A stretch of 64,000 nt of DNA, taken from NCBI GenBank assembly GCA_049510745.1, contig JBEKYR010000011.1:64001-128000 (forward strand), given 5' to 3'. Every line of letters begins with the position of its first letter. Position 1 is the stretch's first letter. Both the position numbers and the translations under genes were made by a program. Below are positions 56,612 to 64,000 of the stretch, piece after piece. The notes beneath the pieces were generated by a model that was not told the origin of the DNA, searched no databases, and worked only from the letters and a program-made list of their open reading frames with translations. Origin of the DNA: Verrucomicrobiota bacterium (lineage in GTDB: Bacteria; Verrucomicrobiota; Verrucomicrobiia; Limisphaerales; Palsa-1400).

Positions 56612-57391
56612 TCAGTCTCGCAGATGGAACAGCAGAACCAATGCGCCGATGGCGCAGAAGCCGATGGCGAAATTGACCAGGACGATCTTCTTTTCGTGTT
56701 TGAGGATTTCCCCCAGCACCGCGTGGGTGGCGAGAAATAAAAAGCCGCCGCCGGCGTGGGCCAGCGCCAGAGCCAGCCAGACGGGGGACAGGTTCGGAAA
56801 AACAAACCAGCCGAGCAGTCCGCCCAGAATGGTCGTGCTCTCCACCGCCGCCACCCACCAAAACATGCGCCGGCGGCCAAAGGCCGCGCCCAGCAGCAAC
56901 GCGCCCAGAGCCAGGCCCTCCGGCGCCTTGTGGACGCAGATGGCGACGGTGATGGATAAATCCAGGGATCGGTTCGCGCCGGGGACGGCCTGTTCCTGGC
57001 GGCCGGCGGCCAGCGCCAAACCATCGACCGTGCAGTGAACGGCCAGCGCGATCATCATCGCCACCGCAATTTCGCGGAAGTGGTGCGTGATGGCTTCATC
57101 AAAATGGCTGGCGGCACAGGCCGGACAGATGTGAAAAAGATATTTGCTGATCAGGGCGAACACGGCGTAGCCCGAAGCGGCCCCGAGCGCGCATTGCCAC
57201 CATCTCAGCGCCTCGAAACACTCCGGCCCGATGGCAAACACGGTCACGCCCAGCAACGTTCCCGCGCCCAGGCTGATGAGCGCGCACAACTGCCGGTGGG
57301 TGCGCGCCAGCACCCCGCTGAGAACGCCGCCGCCCAACGCGACGGCGAACGCCACGCAGACACGAATCAGAATGGGGAGCGCCGCCGTCAT
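56612..57391 (-). CDS. ZIP family divalent metal transporter
   Basis: AG.LLG, H...DG..L, AI..HK.PEG..LG, GG.FL..A; loop HICPACAASH. Confidence 0.9.
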   Translation of the reverse strand: MTAALPILIRVCVAFAVALGGGVLSGVLARTHRQLCALISLGAGTLLGVTVFAIGPECFEALRWWQCALGAASGYAVFALISKYLFHICPACAASHFDEAITHHFREIAVAMMIALAVHCTVDGLALAAGRQEQAVPGANRSLDLSITVAICVHKAPEGLALGALLLGAAFGRRRMFWWVAAVESTTILGGLLGWFVFPNLSPVWLALALAHAGGGFLFLATHAVLGEILKHEKKIVLVNFAIGFCAIGALVLLFHLRD

Positions 57392-57513
57392 TTCTGTTTT
57401 CCTTTTTTCAAGTTCGGGACGCAGTTTAAATGGCGGCGGGCGCTGCGCGCAACACTACACTCCTTTGAATAAAACGCCGGGCCGGAACCGTCTGACCTTG
57501 CGGCGATGACCCT

Positions 57514-58602
57514 ATGCTGACCGGTCAAAAACATCTGATGGCCGCGCTGGCGTTGCTGGCAGGCCCCGGCCTGGCGAGCGCCGCCGAACACGAAATTCCC
57601 CCGGCCTTCGGGCCTTATCTTCATCCCGCGCCGGCGGATTTTGCCGGGAGCAAATCGTTCCAATCGACCGGCCGCATCGTCGGGACGTACTATTTTTATT
57701 GGTACGACGCGCCCAGCAAAACGCATCTCGTCAACCTTCCCCAGGGCACGGACGCGCTGACCGATCATCCGCCCGCCTTGGAGGATTTTTCCTGGAAATC
57801 GGTTTCCTGGCACAAAAAGCAGTTGAGCGACATGGAGGACGCGGGAATCGACGTGGCGCTGATGGTGTTTTGGGGCGCGCCCTCCGAGCACGCGCCGGAC
57901 GCCGTCCTTTACTGGAGCTTTGACGGGTTGAAACCGCTGGTGGCCGCGCGCGAAGCGCTGTTGCGCGAGGGCCGGCATCCCCCGGCCATCGGCCTTTTCT
58001 ACGACACCAGCACGCTGGCCAACAATTCCTGGGGGGAACATATCGACTTGACAAGCGATCGCGGGCGGCAATGGTTTTACGCGACGGTGCGGGATTTCTT
58101 TTCCTGCATCCCGGCCCGGCATTGGGCGATGATTGACGGCAAGCCGGTCGTGCTGCTCTACGCCTCCGCCTTTGCCAGGGCTTACGACCAGAGTTTCATC
58201 GACTACACCAGGACCAATTTCGCGAAGGACTTCGGCGGACGCGCGCCCTACCTCGCGCCGCAAGACTCGTGGGCCGTGAAAGGGGACAACGTCTGCGCCT
58301 GGGGCGGGGCGCTGGGATTGAAGCGCGCGGGCATTGGCGAGCTGGGGCCGGGTTACGACCACTCCGCCGTGCCGGGCCGCGCTCCGCTGGTCGCGCCGCG
58401 CGAGGGCGGGAAGTTTTACCAGAGGAACTGGGAGGAGTTCCTCCGCCAACCCTCCAACTTCGTCATGATTGAAACCTGGAGCGAGTTTCACGAAGGCACC
58501 GAGATTTGCGAATCCAGGGAATACGGGCGGCAATACATCGTATTGACGAGAAAATACGCCGACCGTTTCAAGCAAGGCGGGAAACCGCTTCCACCGAATT
58601 AG
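57514..58602 (+). CDS. Secreted GH99-like / DUF5010-like glycoside hydrolase
   Basis: YFYWY, M..AGIDV, IDGKPV, GPGYD, IETWSEFHEGT.I (ExxE). Confidence 0.72.
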   Translation: MLTGQKHLMAALALLAGPGLASAAEHEIPPAFGPYLHPAPADFAGSKSFQSTGRIVGTYYFYWYDAPSKTHLVNLPQGTDALTDHPPALEDFSWKSVSWHKKQLSDMEDAGIDVALMVFWGAPSEHAPDAVLYWSFDGLKPLVAAREALLREGRHPPAIGLFYDTSTLANNSWGEHIDLTSDRGRQWFYATVRDFFSCIPARHWAMIDGKPVVLLYASAFARAYDQSFIDYTRTNFAKDFGGRAPYLAPQDSWAVKGDNVCAWGGALGLKRAGIGELGPGYDHSAVPGRAPLVAPREGGKFYQRNWEEFLRQPSNFVMIETWSEFHEGTEICESREYGRQYIVLTRKYADRFKQGGKPLPPN

Positions 58603-58706
58603 CCGCCCGCTTCCCGCGCTGCATGGCGCCAGGAAATTTGGACGAGTGCCGTCCAATTTTCGAGGAAGCCCGCAATTGGCCGACCATACCCTTCCAACCG
58701 AAAAAG

Positions 58707-58789
58707 CCGTCACACCGTCACAATCGTTGATAATGAGGGACTTAAACCGTCACATTCGCCGTCACAAACCCTCATACAATCCCGTCACA
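58707..58789. repeat. Cluster of five CCGTCACA direct repeats
   Basis: Copies at 58707, 58715, 58747, 58759 and 58782, plus a degenerate CCCTCATA at 58769. Confidence 0.85.
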
Positions 58790-59338
58790 TGCTTGGGGAT
58801 CTTCATGTGGTGGAGACGGGTTTCATCGAGATTTCGCCACCGGCCAAGTGAGAGTCAGTGGAAAACATCTCTCCCCGGGCAAATAAAAAGGCCCTTATTC
58901 AGGGCCTTCTTACGCTTGCCCCTTCGGGCAATCCACCTCCAGAGAACTGGATTAACCAAATCCTGCCACACATCCGTGGACCTATCAACAGGCCGATTTT
59001 TCCCCGCTGGGCGTTCCATCGCTGGTTGCGGCTCTGCCGCGCTGGGCCGTATGGCCTTTGCATATCGTCTGATCCGGTCCGATGCTGGGGAATCGGGGGA
59101 TGTTAGGGAAACAGGGACAAACCGGCGCAATGCGTTAACGCCGGCAACCCATCCAAAAACACCAATTCCCCAGGCCCGACCCTTTGGCTTTTTAATGGCT
59201 CCGGCGCAAAAACGACCCGAACCAAGGAGGTGGAAATAAAGTTAATGTGAGGACCCCTTTACGACCCCGACCACCAACCGGATTTAAACTTGAAGAAAGC
59301 CAAGGCGGAAGCCAACGCGGCGCAGAAGCTCTTGCTTT

Positions 59339-59411
59339 GAGAATAGCCCAGCCATTTATGGCGGGGTTCACGGTTCGGAAACGTCATCAGTCCCGTCAGA
59401 GACGAAAGAAA
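59339..59411. repeat. REP-like double-hairpin element of the type seen near IS200/RAYT HUH transposases
   Basis: GAGAATAG-CCCAGCCAT-TT-ATGGCGGGG...AGTCCCGTCAGAGACGAAAGAA; no transposase gene in the window. Confidence 0.5.
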
Positions 59412-59486
59412 CATCGTGCGCAACACATACCTCTACAACCGCTTGCAAATTGCGTTTCTTGGAAGGAACGGCTACATATAGCGTTT

Positions 59487-60698
59487 GTGGCAGATCGATT
59501 GAACAAACCGAGTCTGCGCCTGCGCGTCACGGCGGCGGCGGAGAACTACGTGCGCGGCGGGCACCCGTGGGTGTTCGGGCCGAGTGTGCATGAACAGAAT
59601 CGCGACGGCGAGACGGGCGAATTGGCGATCCTCTTCGACCGCCAGGACCGCTTCCTGGCGGTTGGGTTGTTTGATGCCGATTCCCCCATCCGCGTGCGCA
59701 TTCTCCATGCCGGAAAGGCGCGCGCGCTGGACCCGGCCTGGTGGCGGCAGCGCGCGGCGGAGACCCTCGCGCGCCGCGAAGGTTTGTTTGACAGCCAGAC
59801 CACCGGCTACCGCTGCATTAATGGCGAGAGCGACGGCTGGCCCGGATTGGTCCTGGACCGCTATGAGAATACTCTGGTCCTGAAAATTTATACGGCCGCG
59901 TGGCTGCCGCGGTTGGAGGAAATCGCGGCGTTGCTGGCCCCCCGCGACCGCCTGGTGTTGCGCCTGAGCCGGAACATTCAACGCGCGGCCGCCGAACGCT
60001 TCGGACTTCAGGACGGCCAGGTCTTGCGCGGCGAGCCGGTCGCGGGGCCGGTGGTGTTTCTGGAAAATGGCCTGCGCTTTGAGGCCGATGCGGTGCGCGG
60101 GCAAAAGACCGGGTTCTTTTTGGATCAGCGCGAAAACCGGCGCGAAACCGGGGCGTTGGCGGCGGGGCGCAGCGTCTTGAACGTGTTCAGTTACACGGGC
60201 GGATTCTCGGTTTATGCGGCCAGCGGCGGGGCCGGGTCGGTTTGCAGCCTGGACATCAGCGAACACGCCCTGGCCGGCGCCCGGCGGAATTTCGCCTTGA
60301 ACGACGACCGGCCCGCCATCGCCCACTGCCGCCATGAAACCCTCCAGGCCGATGCTTTTCTTTGGCTCCGCGAAACGTCCGCGCGCCGGTTTGATCTGAT
60401 TGTGCTCGACCCGCCTTCGCTGGCCAAGCGCGAGTCCGAACGCGCCGAAGCCGGCGGCGCCTATGCCAAACTGATCGCCGCGGCGATTTCGCGCCTGAAC
60501 AAAAATGGCGTGTTGGTCGCGGCGTCGTGTTCGGCCCATGTCCCGGCGGCGGAATTTTTCGGCCTGGCGCGCGAGGCGGCGCGGCAGTCCGGGCGCGCGT
60601 TCGAGGAGCTGAAAACCACCCGCCACGCCGCCGACCATCCCGTCTCCTTTGCTGAAGCGGATTATTTGAAGTGCATTTATTTGCGTCTGCTGGACTGA
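59487..60698 (+). CDS. RlmI-like class I SAM-dependent rRNA methyltransferase (second paralogue)
   Basis: [51 protein letters not shown]....E..YLK; TTGCGT-17-TACATA upstream of the GTG start. Confidence 0.9.
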   Translation: MADRLNKPSLRLRVTAAAENYVRGGHPWVFGPSVHEQNRDGETGELAILFDRQDRFLAVGLFDADSPIRVRILHAGKARALDPAWWRQRAAETLARREGLFDSQTTGYRCINGESDGWPGLVLDRYENTLVLKIYTAAWLPRLEEIAALLAPRDRLVLRLSRNIQRAAAERFGLQDGQVLRGEPVAGPVVFLENGLRFEADAVRGQKTGFFLDQRENRRETGALAAGRSVLNVFSYTGGFSVYAASGGAGSVCSLDISEHALAGARRNFALNDDRPAIAHCRHETLQADAFLWLRETSARRFDLIVLDPPSLAKRESERAEAGGAYAKLIAAAISRLNKNGVLVAASCSAHVPAAEFFGLAREAARQSGRAFEELKTTRHAADHPVSFAEADYLKCIYLRLLD

Positions 60699-60701
60699 AA
60701 A

Positions 60702-62033
60702 CTATTCCGCGGGAGCGGGGCGCCCGGCTTGGCGCGTGAGCTTGAGGCGGGCCACGCGGGCGCCGACGGTTTGTTCGACCCGCAATTCATACGCGCCCAG
60801 CGTGAGGGCGTCGCCCGTCTTGGGAAAGCCGCCGAGCCGCTGGGTCACCCAGCCGCTGGTCGTGGCGATGCCCGGGGCGGAAAGGTTCTGGCCGACCAGA
60901 TCGGCCAATTCGTGCAGGGGCAATGCGCCGTCGATCTCCCAATGGTTGTCGTCGCGGCGCAGCAAGAGCGGTTTTTCCTGGTCGAATTCATCCTGAATCT
61001 GTCCGACCAGTTCCTCCAGGACATTTTCCAGCGTAACCATGCCGACGGTGCCGCCGTATTCGTCCACCACGATGGCAAAATGAAGTTTCCGCTCCAAAAA
61101 AAGCTGGAGCAGTTTTTCCAGACGGGTGGTTTCGGGGACGTAGATGAGTTTGCGGGCGACGCCGGCAAGGTCCGCGCCACGGGCGGCTTTGGCGCGGACG
61201 GCGAAAAGGTCCTTGATATGGACGACGCCGAGAGTTTTGTCGAGGTCGCCGCCTTCGCAAAGGGGAAAGCGCGAGTAGCGGGTTTTTTCCGCCAGTTCCA
61301 GGCATTGGGCGACGGTGGCCTCGGTGTCGAAGACGACCAATTGCTGGCGGGGCCGCATGACGTTGCGCACGATGCGGCGGCTCAGGTCCAGGGCGTTGAG
61401 CACGATCTCGTGTCCCAGGCGGGTGGCGGCGGCCTGGCTTTGGCCGAGCATGAGGCGCAACTCCTCTTCGGAATGAACAAAGAGCGGGAAGCCGGACGGC
61501 TCCAGGCCGACGCGGCGCAAGAGCCACTGGGCGGACTGATTCAAGACCCAGTTGAACGGATAGGAGAGGCGGTAAAACCAATGCAGCGGCGCCGCCACAA
61601 AGAGCGAGGTCGGCAGGGCTTTTTGAATGGCAAACCATTTCGGCCCCAGTTCTCCCAGCACGATCTGCAGAAACGTGGCGGTGGAAAAACCGACGGCGAA
61701 CGCGACGGATTGCTGGACATGCGGCGACCGGACGCCGACCCAGCCCAAAGGCGGGGCGAGCAAGGCCATAAACACCGGCTCGGCCAGCCAGCCCAAGCCG
61801 AGGCTGGCCATGGTGATGCCCAGTTGCGTGGCGCTGAGGTAGGCGGTGAGGTTCTGCAAGATGTGCCGCGCCAGCCGCGCCCGCCGGTGGCCCGCCACGA
61901 TCAGCGCGTCCAATTGCGTGGCGCGCAATTTGACGAAGGCGAATTCCGCCGCGACAAAGAAGCCATTGACCAGGACAATGGCCAGGATGGCCAGCAAGCG
62001 GAGCGCGTTGGCCGCGAGGAGCTCGGTGTTCAT
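60702..62033 (-). CDS. Hemolysin-family CNNM/CBS/CorC-HlyC protein
   Basis: NGFFVAAEFA, QLGIT..SL.LG, GEL.PK, SEEEL, M.PR, YSRFP, VVDEYGGT.G.VT.E. Confidence 0.93.
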   Translation of the reverse strand: MNTELLAANALRLLAILAIVLVNGFFVAAEFAFVKLRATQLDALIVAGHRRARLARHILQNLTAYLSATQLGITMASLGLGWLAEPVFMALLAPPLGWVGVRSPHVQQSVAFAVGFSTATFLQIVLGELGPKWFAIQKALPTSLFVAAPLHWFYRLSYPFNWVLNQSAQWLLRRVGLEPSGFPLFVHSEEELRLMLGQSQAAATRLGHEIVLNALDLSRRIVRNVMRPRQQLVVFDTEATVAQCLELAEKTRYSRFPLCEGGDLDKTLGVVHIKDLFAVRAKAARGADLAGVARKLIYVPETTRLEKLLQLFLERKLHFAIVVDEYGGTVGMVTLENVLEELVGQIQDEFDQEKPLLLRRDDNHWEIDGALPLHELADLVGQNLSAPGIATTSGWVTQRLGGFPKTGDALTLGAYELRVEQTVGARVARLKLTRQAGRPAPAE

Positions 62034-63016
62034 AGGGTGACTTCTCCAAAAATCACCTTGAGCACATCCTGCAAGCTGATGATGCCGGCCTCGCGGTGGT
62101 CCGGCCCCAAAACCACCGCCTGGCGCCAGCCGGTGTGTTGCAGGCGGCGCAACGCCTCCTCCAAATGCAGGTCCTCGGGCAGAAAAAGGGCCGGTTGCAG
62201 ATAATCCCGCGCCGGGCGGGTGGCGTCAAAATCAGTCAAATACAGAACATGGTCCAGGTTGATGACTCCCGCGACGCGGCCGGTGTGGGGATCGACGGCG
62301 GGCACGCGGGTGAGCCGGCGCTCCCGGCAGAGCTGGAGCACGCGGGACAGGGGCGTTTCGGCGGCGACGGTGATGGCCTCGCCCATCGGCACCATGACGT
62401 GGCGCACGCGCCAATTGGGCAGATCGAGCACCCGGTTGATCATCGCTTTTTCCTCGGTCGTCAGGCTGGGGGCGGCTTCCTGCATGACAAAGCGCAATTC
62501 CTCGCGGCTGCCGAAAAGGCGGCCCGTGTAGGCCGTGCCGCCTGTCCAGTGCAGCAAACCGCGCGAAAACCAGGCCACGACGGACACCAGCGGAGAGAGC
62601 AGCCGGTAAATCCAGCGGAACGGCGCCGCCAAGGCCAGCGAAAGGCGGTTGGGATACCGCTGGAAAAGGGTCTTGGGGGCCAGTTCGCAAACCATGTAAA
62701 AAGCAAACACGCCCGCCACAAAGAGCGCCGCTTTCAAAATCGGCCGCCCGCCGAGACAGTTGTGCAACTGAATGAAACCGAGGCTGAAGATGATAAAATT
62801 GACGACCGTGTTGCCGACCAGAATGGCCCAAAGAAAATTCTCCGGATTCTGCAGGAAGCCGTGCAGGATCGCCGCCCGCCGGTCGCCGCTGCGCATGAGT
62901 TGGCGGATGCGAAAGCGGTTCATCGCCAGCACGCCGGTTTCCATTCCCGAAAAGAGGAACGAGAGCGCCACGCACACCAGCGCCGCCAGCAAAAGGAGCA
63001 TGTTGGTATGGGTCAT
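62030..63016 (-). CDS. CNNM (DUF21) plus CBS domain protein
   Basis: FSG.ETG, ILVGNT.VN, EL.PK, SREEL, CBS pair; lacks a CorC domain. Confidence 0.9.
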   Translation of the reverse strand: MTHTNMLLLLAALVCVALSFLFSGMETGVLAMNRFRIRQLMRSGDRRAAILHGFLQNPENFLWAILVGNTVVNFIIFSLGFIQLHNCLGGRPILKAALFVAGVFAFYMVCELAPKTLFQRYPNRLSLALAAPFRWIYRLLSPLVSVVAWFSRGLLHWTGGTAYTGRLFGSREELRFVMQEAAPSLTTEEKAMINRVLDLPNWRVRHVMVPMGEAITVAAETPLSRVLQLCRERRLTRVPAVDPHTGRVAGVINLDHVLYLTDFDATRPARDYLQPALFLPEDLHLEEALRRLQHTGWRQAVVLGPDHREAGIISLQDVLKVIFGEVTL

Positions 63017-63999
63017 CGTTTCTTGAGTGCCTCGACCAGCAATTGGCCAATGCGCCGTTCGTCGGCCGCCTGCACCGTCAGGCGCAATCCGGCCACGGTG
63101 ACCGAGTCGCCCGGGGCGGGCACGACTTCGAATTGGCGAAGGGCCAGGCCGGCCATGGTTTCGACGCCGGGCACGTCCGGGAGGGGCGGATATTCGCGGC
63201 GGAAATTGTCCAGGCGCACCGCGCCGCTGACGCGCCAGCGATGGTCGTCGAGTTTTTCCAGGACGGCCCGTTCGGAAGCCAGTTCGGGGTGCAGTTCGCC
63301 CAGGACCTCGGCCAGAATGTCCTCGATGGTGACAATGCCGGCCGTGCCGCCGAATTCATCGAGGACAATGGCCAGGCCGCGCTGCTGGCGCTGGAGGCTC
63401 TTCAACAATTGCAGCAGATTCATGCTTTCCGGCACGAAGGAGGGCAAATCGATGGCCAGCGCCAGGTCCGCCTCCGGGTCCAGCAGCAGCGCCCGCGTAT
63501 CGAGCACGCCGACAATCGTGTCCACCGACTCATCGTAAATGGGCAGGCGGCGATGTTTGAAACGGCGCGCCGCCTGGATCATTTCCGGCACCGTCAGATC
63601 GTCGGAAATGCAGGCCATTTGGGGGCGGGCTTTCTTGACCTGGCCGGCTTGGCGGCGGTCCAGGTTGATGATTTGCAGAATGATCTCCTTTTCCCCCGCC
63701 GCCAGCGCGCCTTGTTGATAGGCCATTTCGAGCAATTCGTGGTACTCCGCGTCCGAGAGGCCGGCCGCCGCGGGCGGGTTGGGCGCGGCGCGGAGGCAGG
63801 CGTTGGTCAGGCCCTGCGCCACGCGCCGCAAGGGCCGGCTGGCTTTTTGCAGGAAGAGCATGGGCCGGGCAACGCGCAAGGCCCACAGTTCGGGAGCGCG
63901 CACGGCCAGAGTCTTGGGCGCGACCTCGGCGCCAAAGAGAATCAAGAGGAGCAACGCCGCCATGACCACCGGGAGCGACCCGTGATGGCGCACGGCCAC
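63013..63999 (-). CDS. CNNM/CBS/CorC protein, 5' end outside the window
   Basis: EVAPK, H.RLPIY, FVPE, VLDEFGGTAG.VT.EDI, CorC-like C-terminus. Confidence 0.9.
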   Translation of the reverse strand: MAVRHHGSLPVVMAALLLLILFGAEVAPKTLAVRAPELWALRVARPMLFLQKASRPLRRVAQGLTNACLRAAPNPPAAAGLSDAEYHELLEMAYQQGALAAGEKEIILQIINLDRRQAGQVKKARPQMACISDDLTVPEMIQAARRFKHRRLPIYDESVDTIVGVLDTRALLLDPEADLALAIDLPSFVPESMNLLQLLKSLQRQQRGLAIVLDEFGGTAGIVTIEDILAEVLGELHPELASERAVLEKLDDHRWRVSGAVRLDNFRREYPPLPDVPGVETMAGLALRQFEVVPAPGDSVTVAGLRLTVQAADERRIGQLLVEALKKR

Positions 64000-64000
64000 C

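Noticed and set aside
57392..57513. Zur/Fur/NikR operator upstream of the ZIP gene
   Set aside because: No convincing palindrome visible.
58707..58789. Possible CRISPR array (also considered for 26649-26716)
   Set aside because: Repeats are 8-10 bp with irregular short spacing, and there are no cas genes.
58646..59486. ORF 58646-59239 and the 80-aa extension of the RlmI-like gene
   Set aside because: They run across repeats and palindromes, show no protein-like motifs, and a promoter sits right before GTG 59487.
1..64000. tRNA or rRNA genes
   Set aside because: No cloverleaf or T-loop pattern, or rRNA-like segment, noticed in the intergenic gaps; tRNAscan-SE would be needed to exclude them fully.

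Overview
High-GC bacterial chromosome segment. Gene content and protein style (OB-fold-repeat sensor kinase, prepilin/H-X9-DG protein, Ig-repeat secreted protein, intergenic palindromes) point to Verrucomicrobiota, probably Pedosphaera-like; this is inference. It carries the end of a flagellin gene and fliD, core genes (ileS, purD, secA, a LOG-family gene, two RlmI-like methyltransferases), two sensor kinases, an lplT-lnt-aas lipid cluster, an IorAB-like molybdoenzyme, a metal-uptake locus (ZIP, CACGC protein, RGPP leader peptide, TonB-dependent receptor, TonB/ExbB/2xExbD), a GH99-like hydrolase and three tandem CNNM/CBS genes. Small accessory islets are interspersed: an inverted-repeat-bounded low-GC cassette, an IS21 istB remnant with an ArdC-like gene, and a nucleotidyltransferase TA-like pair. 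Most unusual items: (1) a ~946-aa chimera of a degenerate lanthipeptide-synthetase (LanKC/LanL) lyase-like domain, a STAND NTPase, a TM helix, a coiled coil and a FecR-like domain; (2) a two-gene low-GC cassette bracketed by 20-bp dif-like inverted repeats behind a promoter and structured leader; (3) a His-rich RGPP arrest-type leader ORF upstream of a TonB-dependent receptor operon; (4) two intact ORFs with replaced catalytic residues (6PGDH-like, S41-like). I saw no rRNA, tRNA or CRISPR array. All calls rest on motif recognition by eye, without database searches.
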